From Chiloscyllium plagiosum (taxonomy: Eukaryota): 64,000 nt of DNA. This document shows, in pieces, positions 14,064-27,130 of this stretch. Location of the stretch: the NCBI RefSeq assembly GCF_004010195.1, contig NC_057758.1, positions 7,870,935-7,934,934 of the forward strand. Direction: 5' to 3'. Under the pieces are notes generated by a model, which saw only the letters and a list, made by a program, of their open reading frames with translations, ran no database searches and was not told where the DNA came from. Numbering within the stretch: the stretch's first letter is position 1; the number at the start of each line of letters is the position of its first letter. The position numbers and the translations under genes were made by a program.

Positions 14064-14133
14064 CAGCGATAGCGACTGCTGCAAATAACGGGTAATAAAT
14101 GTCTTTCAACAGCAGAATTGCAGGCTTCCCCAT
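14064..14133 (-). pseudogene. GPR139-like GPCR pseudogene, exon 1 (splice donor mutated)
   Basis: ATG at 14133 gives MGKPAILLLKDIYYPLFAAVAIA+G, with the same IYYP TM1 motif and phase-1 break as 39660-39804; the donor reads G|TTGAGT instead of G|GTGAGT. Confidence 0.8.
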
Positions 14134-14206
14134 TTTGTGTGAACGTGAACGAACGATTTGGAGACTCTGAAGTTATCTGGGTAGCCAAAGCCGTGGCAAT
14201 GGATGG

Positions 14207-14208
<2 letters not shown>

Positions 14209-14245
<37 letters not shown>
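14209..14245. repeat. (TA)n microsatellite
   Basis: Perfect AT dinucleotide run, ~75 nt upstream of the minus-strand GPCR ATG. Confidence 0.95.
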
Positions 14246-14246
<1 letters not shown>

Positions 14247-15134
14247 CGCATCATTTCTACATGGAAGCAGTCAATTGAATTAATCACAGGTATTTAACAA
14301 ATAAAGTCGGGAAGATTTGTTTTTGGATGGAACTGGAGATCGAAAGAAACAACATTTTCAAACGGGTAAAATAAAATCTGGTTGCTTCCTACCAAAGGAG
14401 CAATGGGAATTTTTCTCAATTACATTGTCAATATCTGCGGTGAACGTCTGGTGCCCTAAATCCATGTGATGTTCATTAATCTATTTCAGGCGTAAACGCT
14501 CTGAGTTGTCGAAACATTTCGTTTCCTGCATCATATAATCTCACACTTTGGTAGTAGTTCTTATTCGGACGGCTAAACTTCCCATGTCCCTACATTCACT
14601 CAGCCAAGTCGTTCTCAATACTACCAGCAAGCTGATGGTATTTCTGATCTCTGGGCGGTATTGCCTTCTCCTGTGCATCAGAAACACTATGTATCGTCAT
14701 CAAAATTTTTGCGTTTGATTTTTGACAATTAATTAGCAACATAGTATTTGAGATACAGGGTGACTCATCGCCGCTGATCGTTGCTCAGGGCCTTAAAGTT
14801 TGCAATCAGTTTTAATGGCTGAATGAATGAATTCTGATGTTTTGATTTGTTTTTTTTTTGTTGAAATCGCTGTCTCCCCATCTCAGTTACCACTTTGCCA
14901 ATTCATTGCAGCTTCCCAAGCAAAATGCGTAGAGTGAGCAGTTTGTACAGCTGGCTTTACAATTCTGTAACAAACTTCGATTTTTTTCCATTACAGTTAT
15001 GCTTTCTGAATCTGAACCACACTTCGTGTCGGGCCGACTGTTCCAAAGAAAAGTTCATGAATGCACGAAGTGAATTCATGGCAAGGTCTCCTCACACTAA
15101 ATTTGATGTGAGCTCACAGCCTGTCTGGTCGCTG

Positions 15135-15480
15135 CCGTGGAAGTTAAATCGACTCAATTCAAATTTTATCAAGAGCAAAGTAAAAGTTAATTTCACCACT
15201 GCAGGGGGATCCAACACGTTTGGCAAAACGCCTCATATAAGGGGTCCTGAACAGCTTTCACATAATGTCTTTATACTGTACTTCGCTTAACCTTGTAACT
15301 CGCTCAAGGACAAGAGCTGTGAACATTCGAACTCCGGTCCACATATGGAGATGCTTTCACATTCCTTTACTGTTGATGTAATCGCTTACTGCCGTTTTGT
15401 TTTCCCTGACACTGCTGAATCGACTTTTTGCAAGACGTTGAGGACGAGGCCTTTCCTCAGACACCACCTACCTATAATAC
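15135..15480 (-). mobile_element. Putative ERV 3' LTR
   Basis: Directly follows env; minus strand has TATA-like gtataaaga (~15270) and a polyA-like ataaaa (~15166). No clear polypurine tract; ends uncertain. Confidence 0.3.
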
Positions 15481-15534
15481 AGCTTTGTGGTGGGATCGTA
15501 ACTTACTCTTGTGTGCCCTGAACATAGCCCATTA

Positions 15535-17328
15535 TCATACATCACACTCTTCAACGTCACGGTAGGGTGGATCCACGCAATCTGAGATTCCTGCTGTGGG
15601 GGCACTTATCGTTTTTCCGTTTGGTATCCCGCTGCACTCATAAGCAAACGCCGAAGGCAGGTACGCAAGTTGGGTCTGAGACAAAGCACCATTAGTAAGA
15701 CCAGTCCTACAACTAGTACAATGTGCCAGATCCAATAAGCCCATCCTCCCCAAAAGAAGGTGAGCCTTCAGAATCAGGAGTCATCTACTGGGGGAGGCTG
15801 TTGTATCGCCGCCTTCATGTGATTTATTACAATACTGATATGTTGGGACTCATCTGTATGAGGTACCTAACATTTTGCAGGCGCCCCTCTCTCGGCCCTC
15901 AGTATGTCGAGTACGAACCGATTTTATATCACTGCTTCCCTTACTGCCCTTAACTCAGTACTAATGAGTGCTAGACCTTCCTCTATCTCATTTGCTTACA
16001 ATAATACACTATATGCGAGTCCATTAATCTTGTTTATTGCCACCGTTGTCCCTGCTCTCAAGAGAATAGACCACCTTATATTCGGTCCTGGTGTAGTCCA
16101 AGGGTCTGTGAGTGTGTAGCCATTCCAATGCCGTGGGATACCCCTTCAGGTTCGCCCGCTACTGGCATTTGGGCCGAACACTGTTGTGCCAGTGGACAGT
16201 ATCGCAGGGGAGACGCACCCCTTTAAACATAGGGGAAAGTGGTGGTACCATTTCGCTCCACAGGCTCATATTATACCCGTCATCACAGTCTGATTATTGA
16301 TAAAGGAACAAGTATTATTGATGATCGTACCATTTGCGTAGGTTGCTGAGCAAGGGTCATTGTTCAAATGCAGTGTCAAATACACTTGGAGATCCCCAAG
16401 TGGAGTCTCCTCAGATTTGTGCAAATTTGTTTCTCCCCTGCCTTCGTGTGGTGGCGCGAGATTTGCCCTAATTGCCTCCCCATATCAGTGTCAGGGCAGT
16501 TGCTTCTCACGTAAGTAGGCAGCTAACATTTCTTGTCCGGCTCTTTGTAATTGGTTCGGCAGTCTGCCGTTGAGCTGTGTCAAAATATATCCAACAAGAG
16601 TAGCCAACCTCTATTCTCTTGCGCTGTATTCGGGCCAACACACAAGCTTTGTTTCCTTCACATTGAGCGATGGTTCTTCTCGCATCCGACTGGCGTCGCC
16701 TTTACGCCATTTATCTCCTGCAGAGCCAATTCCACTACAGCGTTAGATTCGCTCCCGAGCCCTGGCCGACTACATCCGGGTTCGGGCGTGACATTAATGC
16801 GCTCAGCCCCGCTTGAGGTAAGGTCCATAATGAGGTTTGGTTGGTTGCCATGTTACTATCTTCTGTACGTCCTTCTGCATCGGTGGGGGGTGGGGTGTGG
16901 GTGGGAGGAGCGTGGGGGTGTGTGGAGCACTGTACCACTATATTCACCTGCCTATAGATGACGGAGAAGGGTCTATCAATTCCACATCACTAGACTCCCT
17001 CATCGCTCTTCTGAGTCTTGGATTTTATCACCAATGCCCTGGCACCGGCTTCCTTGATAATAGAATACACATCTCCCGTGTCAGGTGTCCCTGTAGCCGT
17101 GTTGGCTACTACTAAGTGCCAGTCACTGGGACCACAAGGATCCCTGCATAAGCATTTGTTGTCCCATTTATAGTCGTCCTGGTTACTAAACGTCCCTGGG
17201 TTGCATATAAAGTTCCATTTAGCATCCTCGAATAAGGTAACTGTCTGCGGCCGCATTCTAGATGTCCCTGCCTTTACGAATAGTCCTGCCGGGGAGCACG
17301 CTAACAGTGTGAGCTGGGGCAGAACCAT
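15535..17328 (-). pseudogene. env: Endogenous retrovirus env (decayed), copy 1
   Basis: Signal-like MVLPQLTLLACSPAGLFVKAG, Pro-rich HPHAPPTHTPPP, CWIY, TM heptad/ISD LISTELRAVREAVI*NRFVLDILRAERG; many stops and frameshifts. Confidence 0.85.
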
Positions 17329-17360
17329 ATTTGTACGAGACTTCTAATCGCTACTTGCAT

Positions 17361-18425
17361 TTATTTGTTTTCTGTGTTGTCCGATGTCTCTTCAACTCCA
17401 GCTGTACGTTTACAATGGCGAGCGTGTACCCACGTGGCTCTTTCGGCGATCTTAACAGCTGTCTGTGCTATAAGAAGCACTCGAAACGGTCCCAGCCACC
17501 TCTTCGTCATCCAGCTTTTCCTAATCATGTCTTTCACCATTATCCACTCTCCAGGTTCTACATCGTGCTGCTTCCCTTCTGCTGGTTTGGGTAGTGAGCT
17601 TTCACTTGATTCTGAATTTGAGGCAAGAATGTCAGTAGTTTTATACAGTAACACAACATCTCATCCTCACAGTGGTCTGTTAGCTGTCTTACATTACATC
17701 TTGGGGAAATTCCTGCATTGGGCGGCCGACCTAAAAAATCTCAAACGGACAAAGATTGGCTTTCCTCTCCTCCAAGATCTCATGTAAATTAGCACAATCG
17801 GAAGCGCCTTTGTCCATGTCAGCTCTCGTTCCATTTTGTTAATTTATGTTAAAGGGTGGCATTCTCTCTTTCCACTGCTGCACTGTTCGCTGGGTGGTAG
17901 ACTCAGTATTGTCTCATGTTCAGTTCCAAATAATTACCGATCTGCTGTAGGGCGTTATTGACAAATGGTGTCCCATTGCCGCTACTAAGACTTCCAGGGA
18001 TGCCCCATCTCGGAGTTATCTCAGTTAGCAAAGTCTTGGCTACTGCACTGGCATTCTGTTTCGACATGGGGAAGGTTTCCACTCATTTGGTAAACATATC
18101 AACTATGACCAGACAATACCCTTTCCCTTCTGTGGGTGTTACTTCAATAAAATCCATCTGTAAATGCCCAAATGGTCTATGGGTTTGGGGTTGTGTTGCC
18201 TGACGCATCAGTATTCCACTCCTCACATTGTTAGTGGCACAGCCAGCACATCGTTCACAATATTTCTGGGAGTAATGCGTCAATTCTTGAGTGTATCAGT
18301 GTGCCGAAATACTGTTGTACGCACCCCTCCCCCCTTTGACGCATTGTCCTTACCATGTGTCAGTTTGCCATAGAATGGGAATAACGATCACAGTAGACAG
18401 GGTTTACCATTAGGGCCACACCATA
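17361..18425 (-). pseudogene. pol: Endogenous retrovirus pol integrase (epsilon/gamma-like, decayed), copy 1
   Basis: CERCAGC, PFGHLQMDFIEV..YCLVIVDMFTK*VE, ITPRWGIP, C-terminal WLGPFRVLL..AVKIAERATWVHARHCK; cut off by the gap. Confidence 0.92.
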
Positions 18426-18925
18426 NNNNNNNNNNNNNNNNNNNNNNNNNNNNNNNNNNNNNNNNNNNNNNNNNNNNNNNNNNNNNNNNNNNNNNNNNNN
18501 NNNNNNNNNNNNNNNNNNNNNNNNNNNNNNNNNNNNNNNNNNNNNNNNNNNNNNNNNNNNNNNNNNNNNNNNNNNNNNNNNNNNNNNNNNNNNNNNNNNN
18601 NNNNNNNNNNNNNNNNNNNNNNNNNNNNNNNNNNNNNNNNNNNNNNNNNNNNNNNNNNNNNNNNNNNNNNNNNNNNNNNNNNNNNNNNNNNNNNNNNNNN
18701 NNNNNNNNNNNNNNNNNNNNNNNNNNNNNNNNNNNNNNNNNNNNNNNNNNNNNNNNNNNNNNNNNNNNNNNNNNNNNNNNNNNNNNNNNNNNNNNNNNNN
18801 NNNNNNNNNNNNNNNNNNNNNNNNNNNNNNNNNNNNNNNNNNNNNNNNNNNNNNNNNNNNNNNNNNNNNNNNNNNNNNNNNNNNNNNNNNNNNNNNNNNN
18901 NNNNNNNNNNNNNNNNNNNNNNNNN

Positions 18926-19944
18926 CCAGAAGGATGCCTTATGCACCAACATGTATTCATCAGCTAATTCTGCTGCCCCGATCACTTCTTGAACTTTTGG
19001 TTCCTCCACATGATTTCTTACCATCTTGCATGCGAGTTTTTTTTATACTCCTGCAGCAGAACAGTCTTTCTTAGAGCCTCAAAGTCTTCTATATTTTTAA
19101 TGCACCCATCCATTTATCAAAATTACAATTCTTAAATCTTTCGAACTCAAAAAAGGTCTAACATTGCTACTTTTTGTGCTTCTGAATGGCTATCTATATG
19201 CTTCTGGTACCAATTCACAAACGCTTAAAATAGCCTGTTTTACCTCTTCAAAATCTCTTGACGCTCATTTGACAGCAGGGCAAATACCTTACGAGTTCTG
19301 CCTACTATTCTGATCTTACTTCCCCATTAATCCTCGGACCAATCTATCTGCCCAATCAATTTTTCAAATGAAATAATGAACGCTTCAACATTTTTCTGAT
19401 CAAAATGTGCCAACGTTTTGACGTATTTGTATATATCACTACATTAACTTTTAATCTCCATCCTGTCAACTTGGCTTTGCTGACTAAGTCACAATTTCTC
19501 CCGTTCAAGTTCTCTATCTTTTTGTTTCGCCCTTTCTTCTGTCCCTTAGTCTCTCATTTTCTTTTCTGCCCCTTTCTCTCTCTCTCATTTTTCTGTCTTT
19601 ACTCAGCAAAGTCCCTTCTCTCTTTTCCTCTTTCTCTCTTTTTTCTGCTATCTCTTTCTCGCTCTCACTTTCCACTCTCTCTTTTTATTCATCTTCGACC
19701 TCGATATTCCTGAATTGTAAATGATGTTTCTCTATCTCCACTTTACCTGTCTGTTTCGCTGACACACTAAAGTATTTGAGTAATTCTCTTACATTTCAAC
19801 TTTATTTTTGTCCTTGGTTAAACCCAAATCTAATTTCTTTGCTAATTCTAAAAGCATGGCCATTCACTTTCCTTCTAGACCTTCTTGCCAAATTTGAGAA
19901 TCATCTTCAAATCCAAGAAGCTCTTTAGCAATTTTAAGAGACAT
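18926..19944 (-). mobile_element. gag: Gypsy (Gmr1-like) gag with coiled-coil and SCAN-like region, decayed
   Basis: MSLKIAKELL..LLELAKKLDL, E/R/K-rich tract, HFDQKNVEAFIISFEK, VPEAYR, VRNHVEEPKVQEVIGAAELADEY. Confidence 0.8.
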
Positions 19945-20588
19945 TTCTCTCACGTTTAAGTTGATCAACCATAAGTCGCCAAAATTTAAAAAAATTGTCC
20001 CACCTACGTTTTATTGAAAGATTGCAATGGAAAATTAACAAATTTAACATTTACTGTGAAATGTGAAAAAGAATGCCTTTCTAAATTTGACGCTGTGCTG
20101 AGCTTTACAATCAATACATTACTGACTTCTGCAGCCAGGAGATAGCTTGTCTTTGTTTGAACTTTGTAAACATTCACCTTGACATTACGACAGTTGAATT
20201 CAGCAGAATCTGAAGAAAGCATAAGAACAGTTCTGTCCACGACCAGGGAATGAGAAAATAAACAACTTATGTTTTCCCAGTCTTTGCCCTTGAGAGCGTG
20301 ATAAGAATGGTATAAGAAGAGTATCTGAATTATGCTCAACTACCCCTTACATGAGATATCAGGCCAAATGTATTGGGTCAATTCTGCAGAATCTGAATAA
20401 AGCTGTTTTCTTTGCTCTTGCAGACATTTCAGTCGACAAATATCTAAAACATTAACTTGCAAATGTTTAAATCTGCTGAGAGTTTTCGTAACACCAAATC
20501 AATTAAAATCTGTTTAAAACAGTTAAAGTCCCAAATCAGAGTCGGAAACTGTTTAAATCTGGAACAAAATCCCACAAAACTTTCAATT

Positions 20589-20606
20589 CCCCACGACGAA
20601 CCGCCA
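20589..20606 (-). other. Primer-binding site (degenerate, tRNA-Pro-like)
   Basis: tggcggttcgtcgtgggg, 3 nt after the LTR end ..cgtaaca; resembles TGGGGGCTCGTCC. Confidence 0.55.
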
Positions 20607-20609
20607 GAC

Positions 20610-21293
20610 TGTTACGACACGGGATAAACCATATTGCTTATTTTAAACGTTCAGCAGAGAAAAGATTTATTCCGTGCAGCAATGTGCAACGCTTTGCGAC
20701 TCCAAGAAGTATTTAAGTTAAACATAACAACTTTATTTTTTATGGTATAACAGATAATAATTAACTAACAACTATCTACAACTCCTTCCTGTCACCTATA
20801 TTTCCCTTCTACAATAGCACTCCAATAAAACCAACCGATTATTTTTTTAAAATCATGTTTTCAAAACTCGGCAGATGTCGAATCTACTCTTACTCGGATT
20901 TCTTTTCATCTTCCAAAGGATTCCTGTTCCACAGCTTACTGATAAATAAAGACATCTGTTCTCCGGGAACTCTGCAGATACTGGTGGCTTGTCAGTTCTC
21001 ATCTCAAGTGTTCAATTTTCCCCAGTTTTATACCCCCAAAGCATTGGATTGTGGCATTGGATTTTGACATTGTCAATATGCTAAATTCAAATAAGATGGG
21101 CGTTTGGTATATTTGGGGATATAATTTGAACTGATTGGACTAAGTCGAATCTGTTTTGATGTTTTCCATGGCTACCCTAACTACAGGACGAAAAGTTTAA
21201 ATTTTAGCTTGTTCAGAACACTTGATACTGTATCAAGTAGTTCTGCTAGCTTTTAACTCTGTAAAGGTACATTACACCCAAATCTTCATGACA
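20610..21293 (-). mobile_element. 5' LTR of the Gypsy element
   Basis: Termini TGTCATGA..TCGTAACA (minus strand) form an imperfect inverted repeat; followed by PBS, leader and gag. Confidence 0.75.
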
Positions 21294-21863
21294 CAAGCAG
21301 TTTAAATTGTTCGCCAAAATACCAAACCATAATCCAGATTGAAGGTAGTATTTAGTTAATATTAACACCAAAGAAACGATCCGATGCTTTGGTGTATAAA
21401 TCTGAAAACAAATTGAACGGTTGGAAGAGAACTGTCAATCCGCTGGCATGTGCCGACTGACCAGAAAATACCTCTCTTTAAGGTACCTTTACCTATCAAT
21501 GACCTGAGAAACAGAAATCCTTATGGAGAAGAAAAGAAGACAGAGCAAGATCCAAAGTGGAAATTCCACATCTCTCTGGTTTTGAAATGTGACTTTTATT
21601 TTTGCAAGATCTTAATGGGAGTATTCATCAGACTGGTATTGTGGTGGGGAAGGTAAAAGATAGATGAGAGAAAGGAGTTGAATTTAGGAGTTAGTTTATA
21701 TTCTATGTTAGACTGAACGAATAATGTTCTTTTTTTTCGTTAAACTGTGACTTAGGTGTTGGTTCTTCGGCTCTCAAACTTTAACAGATTACTGCATGGG
21801 GTAACTCTTTTCTGCGTTGATGGATTAAATTTTCAGGGGGCGTTGTTACCCCGTACCGTAACA
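21294..21863 (+). mobile_element. Related LTR fragment in opposite orientation
   Basis: 3' end attactgcatggggtaactcttttct..ccccgtaccgtaaca resembles the 3' end of the 20610-21293 LTR (attgctgcacggaataaatcttttct..tcccgtgtcgtaaca). Confidence 0.55.
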
Positions 21864-22842
21864 ATCGCCTACGTAACTGCTCCGGGCAATGACATCTTTT
21901 CTAGAATGCGATGAACAGAACAGTGTCCTGGTCTCCAACTATAGCTGAAGCAATATTCTGCACAGCTCCAAAATGATATTTCTACTCTAATAATGTTTAG
22001 CACCGCTGAAATTTGCAAGTGCCACGTGTGTCTTCTTAACTGCACCTTTAACCTGTCATGACACATTCATAAATCTATGGAGGCAAGAACCCTAAAATTC
22101 CTCCGTTCATCAGAGCAAAAGTGCATTTTCCTTCATTTAGTACCCCAATTCTTATTCCTACTTCCAAAGTGTATGACAGCATTGTTATTAAAATGGCAGG
22201 AACTCCTCACGATATTTTAAAATGTTAGCCTGGACCCTATCTTTGTCTTAATTTAAAGAGTGATGACAAGTTGGTGTTCCAGGTGTGAAACAGCTGATAA
22301 AACAATTCGGCTTCAAGCCAAATAGAATATAGTTAAACAGTACAGTTGAAACACGAGCACAACACAAGGAAGTTAGAGTAACTTCACGATTGGAAAGCTT
22401 AACCGCCTCGGCACAGTAACTAATAGTACATAACTGTTCCAATACATTAGCATTACATACAAAGAGGACAATTTAGAACGCAGAGTCTAACAGGCAGGAT
22501 GACGCATTATTAAGAAAGAGACGAATGCAGACGAATTCCTTACGGATGCTCGCCACTTCCCTGGACAGACATATCTTATTTCTGTTACACCAAAAACAAA
22601 CTTGGCAAAACCTGAACTGGGAGAATTGACCACTCCAATTCCATTCCATTGTTAACCTCGACAAATATACACCTCTGACGTTACTAAAACTCGCTTTAAA
22701 AAGGACAAAATAAAACTTTTTAAAGTGTCAGTTTATTTATAGATGTATATTCGACGTGTAGCTGATCTGCCCAATTGAAAAAAAAACGTTTATATCTTCC
22801 TCACTGTCAAAAGAAAATGCATTGTTTAGAGGTGAAAAGTTG

Positions 22843-23578
22843 ATGGATGATGCAATGGAAGGAAATGAGAATTTTATATACCACGAAATAATGTTTCAAT
22901 AATTTCAGAATTTCCCTTCATTTAAAAAAAATATATTAAATGCATCCTATTTTTTCAGCCAGGTACGTAACTGAGAATAAACCCTTATGTTCAAACATTT
23001 GCATCATCTCAAGAGGTGCTCAGTCAAAGTCGATGCAACGCTGATGAACAATTACTCTGATAATTCACTCCTTCATAGTTACCAAACTGAAGATTGTGAC
23101 ACTGAATCATAAAAAAGTGTGGTCTCTCCAATGTGTCACACGATACACGTTTGCCATGGCTGTGACAGACTACCTTGTCATTCTCTTCGACTTGGAGCTA
23201 AGGCACATTCTATTTGTCTATAGAGAACAATTTCCTTTCATGGAGACAATTCCCCTGTGCAGAATACATACTGTACTGTTAATGCAGCCACAGATCCATT
23301 TATCTGGATTACTGCTGCTTTCACATTTGACCGATATGTGACCATCTGCTGTAGTAAGTGGTAAAGTACATATTGCATGGTGGAGATAGCACGTGCGTTC
23401 TTTGAACAATTGCAGTGTTATGCTGGTTAAGGAAGGCCAGTTGTTATTTCATGTTCACAGGTTTCCTTAAAATGTCAAAATACTTGCGTTCATGCTGTTC
23501 TTCAACGTTTAGAGGAGAGTTCAAGAATATCCTTAAATATCCCTTCATTTTAGTTTTTCTATTTTACGATGCAAGTAA
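22843..23578 (+). pseudogene. GPR139-like GPCR pseudogene (frameshifts, stop, TM5-TM7 deleted)
   Basis: Acceptor cttcatag|tt at 23079, then KKCGLS/CVTRYTFAMAVTDYLVILFDLELRHILFVY..LCRIHTVL/AFTFDRYVTICC..SCYFMFTG, jumping to FRGEFKNILKYPF. A putative decayed exon 1 at 22843-22962 ends cca g|gtacgt (lower confidence). Confidence 0.85.
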
Positions 23579-23772
23579 CGAAATTATTTACAAGCAAGAA
23601 TGCCCTTTCATTACCTTTCATGTCCTGGCCTGTGATATTGAATGGGAAGTTGCTGTCATACTCTTCACATGATCAAGCGTTCTCGCGAGGACCATCTTCA
23701 CCGGGACGTGGGTTTCATGTTACGTTATCATTGCAATGGCGATCATGTCATAATTTGAGGTCTGCCTTCACT

Positions 23773-24070
23773 GGGTGGCACATTGGCTCAGTGGTTAACC
23801 AGGGACCCGGGTTCAATTCCAGCCTCGGGCGACTGTCTGCGTGATGTTTGCACAATCTTCCTGGTTCTGCGAGGGTTTCCTCCGTGTTATTCGGTTTTCA
23901 CCCACAGTCCAAAGATGTGCGGGCCAAGTAAATTGGTCATGCTAAATTGACAATAGTGATAGGTGCATTAGTAGGGAGTATGTGAATGGATCTGGGTGGG
24001 TTACTCTTCGGAGGGTTGGTATGGACTTGTTGGACCGAAGAGCCTGTTTCTGCACTGAAAGAATCTAATC
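23773..24070 (+). mobile_element. HE1/V-SINE-like tRNA-derived SINE
   Basis: A-box tggctcagtgg, B-box ggttcaattcc, cccacagtccaaagatgtgc core, CR1-like 3' tail gcctgtttctgcactg. Confidence 0.85.
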
Positions 24071-25723
24071 ATGATGATGGTAATGTTGCCTGGGGTTTGT
24101 CTTCTGTAGTGTTGTTGGTTACTGCCGGCAGAGTGAGTAACGAGATGTGCTGATTCTCTTTCTGCAAACATCACTAAGGTATAGGGGGCAAAATATTTAG
24201 AATAAGCTCAAGGGGTTAGCATTCAAACAATCTGCTTCCGAGTGGTACAACCACAATCTTAACAGAAGAATGGGATGGAGGAGGTACTTTCTTTCTTCGA
24301 TTCTTCTTTTCCCATTTTTCAATCTGAATCTGCACATTTAATGTGGTGATTTAATTTACTTTCACAGTCTTAATTCAACCTACAGTGCTGATAATCTCCA
24401 GCAATGCACATGCCGTCTTACTCACTCCCTTCATATTGTGTGATCATGTAAACATTCTTTTTTTTAACTCATTTAAATGCGTATCCGAGGCTTCATCATC
24501 CATGAGTAAATGAAAGTTGCTCCACTATTTACCATTCAAGTTTTCCTTTCCCGGAAAGATTATTATGAGTCCTTTTTTTCATAATTTGGTATTCTTCCCA
24601 AGACGCTGAAACAAGAACTGAACTTAATCTTTCATTGAGGTTGAACTCTCGATTATGCTGGTCTACCGAGGCCTCAGATAAATATTCCCAATTCCTGTTC
24701 TATTACAATTTCACTGCATCATCTGTCCTCGTCTTACCGTTTTATTTTCTGAGAGCACACAGAGAGAAACGCTTTCTTTTCCCACGGAGAAACCAGGAAC
24801 TTATTTTTCATTGAATCAATCGCTCATTAATTTCTTATTGCTGTCATTCCGAAATCACCTCATTATTCCTTACTCTGTATCGCTCATTTTATGTTTCCAT
24901 ACCTGCAGATTGTACTTGTATTTTCCGGTATATTGGTTTTTAGTCGTTTTTAATCTCCTTCATCAAACATTTATTTTTGACGGATCGAACAATGCGTGAT
25001 GACATTGTCAGATTCAAGGTTTCCTGCTTTTCTCAACAGCGGTCATCAAATAAAAAAATACCATGGACAATTTTGCAGTTGTGAGTCAAAAACAAAGGGC
25101 TGCGCAGAACTTTCACTTTATTTACTGTCGTCATGCTCGTTTACAGCTCCTGTCTCAGCACGATGTAAAACGATGGGACACTATTTTAGCTCCAGGCTAC
25201 TGACAAACCTTGCCTAAGTACCGACATTCCTCTCAGTCATTCATTCCTTCTCTCAGACAATCACACCAACCGGCCAAATCCCTTTCCACATTTTCATGCT
25301 TTTTTTTTATTGTTTCAGATTTCCTCCGATTCCAGATTCCTGGCTCCTTTCTCTTTCTTCAGTGTATCAATATCAGTGTCTTTTTAATAGATTCAAACTT
25401 CCTTGCAAATTGATATTCTCTCCTGCCTCTCTGTCTATCGCACACTTAGTTGTTCGCTCGTGAAGTGTGAATTCACTGGTTGGCTAGAATTTGTAGCAAA
25501 CTCAAGTTACACTTGAGATAATGGTGTTGAACATCTTTTTGAAATGCTGCAGTCTGCGTGCTGTAAGTTGACCCCATGTAGCTACTGCCCTTGAGTTTGT
25601 GGGTGGAATTGGTTTAAAATATTTAAGGTGCTGTTGAAGGATATCTGGTAAAATTCGACAATAAACCAACGTCCTGCTGAATTTAGGAATAAGTGAGAAC
25701 TACAGATGATAGAGATCAGATTC

Positions 25724-25880
25724 GAGAGGGTGGTACCAAAAAAGCACAGCAGGTCAGACATCCAAGGAGCAGGAGACTCAAAGATGTGGGCACATAATGA
25801 AGGGCTTATCCCCGAAACGTCGATTCTCCTCCTTCTTGGATGCTACCTGACCTGCTGTGTTTTTACACCATCACATTCTC
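25724..25880. mobile_element. Penelope-derived fold-back mini-element with degenerate hammerhead in the loop
   Basis: Arms aaaagcacagcaggtcag..catccaagga..aggaga / tctcct..tcttggatg..ctgacctgctgtgttttt; loop ataatga-a-gggc-ttat-cccc-gaaacgtc. Confidence 0.7.
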
Positions 25881-26779
25881 AGCACTGCTAACTTGAGCCT
25901 TGTGAATGGTGAACAGTCTTTGAGAAGTCAGGAGGTGACTTCCTCACCACAGAATCACGATCATAATATCTATTTTGGAGGGACTTTGTTAATATGGAGA
26001 GTCCAGCTGAGTTTCAGCCCTATTTATAACACACAGCATGTTTCCTGCGAAAATCCAGTGACTGAAGCTCGATAGAACATTGGCGCAATTTTTAGATATT
26101 TGCCTTATTTCAAATCTATCCTAAAGTATGTGTCTGACCATCTTTAATCCTACTTGTCAATGCTTCGAATACTATTTTACTTTGTCCCTCCTTTTCACGC
26201 TGACGACATTGATGTGACTCTGAAACTTAACTTATTTCATCCTGCTGTAAAACTTATTTTGAACATAATTAAATGCATCCTAAATCTAGCAAGCAAATAT
26301 ATGTTCTTTCTTTAAAATTAAATCGATGAGATGGTCACATTGTTGATGCAAATCTCCAGTACATGTACTTATTCACTGTGATAGAAATGAATGCTCTACA
26401 TTTTGCTCCAGACTTTGATCCAAATTTCCTCTCAGTCAAATATCAACGTATTGTAGATTTAACACGACTTTCTGAATTAGAAGCTGGAGTTCAGGTTATT
26501 CTGTGGAAATGCTGTCTTTGTTAGTTTGGACTGAATGTGTAAAATACATTGTCTTGTAGCTGCCTAACTTTGGTTGAAAGAAGAACTCACGAACTCAAAG
26601 TTGAAATCAACACCGCAAGTGATGAGAACAGAAAGGGAGAAATACTTCAACAGTCTGTTTAACTGGTACCTCCTCGCTTGTGTGTATATTATTAATTTCA
26701 ATATATAATTGGAACAATTAAATGGTGGTAAAATATTTCAAATTGAGTTAATTCGAAATGTTGATAACAGGATCAGAAA

Positions 26780-27130
26780 TAGAATGGAATAGAATTCCGA
26801 CAGTGTGGCAACAGGCTATTCTGCACAATAGGTCCAAACCAACCTTCTAAGGAGTAACCTCGCCCCCCTATGCTGTTACTCTACTTTTCTGCCTGAAGAA
26901 TGTTCACCTAACCTACACATCCCAGAATATTATGTGTAATTTAGCAACGTCAATACATCTAACCTGCGCATCACTATATTGTGAAAGGAAACTCGAACAC
27001 CAGGAGTTCAGCAATGCAACCACAGAGAGAATCTGCAAACTCCACACAGAATGTCACCGAGCTTGCAGTCGAACACAGGCCCCCGGTGCCGGGAGGCAGC
27101 AGTTGGAAACGCTGCAACAACATGCCGCAC
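26780..27130 (-). mobile_element. HE1-like SINE, degenerate
   Basis: Reverse-complement SINE blocks (cacctaacctacacatccc, tgcaaactccacacaga) with tagaat tail. Confidence 0.7.

Noticed and set aside
19405..19713. Hydrophobic F/L/S-rich ORF resembling a membrane protein
   Set aside because: Antisense of the purine-rich gag coiled-coil tract
22545..22630. Alternative exon 1 for the plus-strand GPCR pseudogene (MLATSLDRH...)
   Set aside because: No IYYP-like motif or suitable donor; 22843-22962 fits better, though weakly
23773..23830. tRNA gene (also at 51526-51600)
   Set aside because: The A/B boxes belong to SINE heads and continue into SINE body and tail
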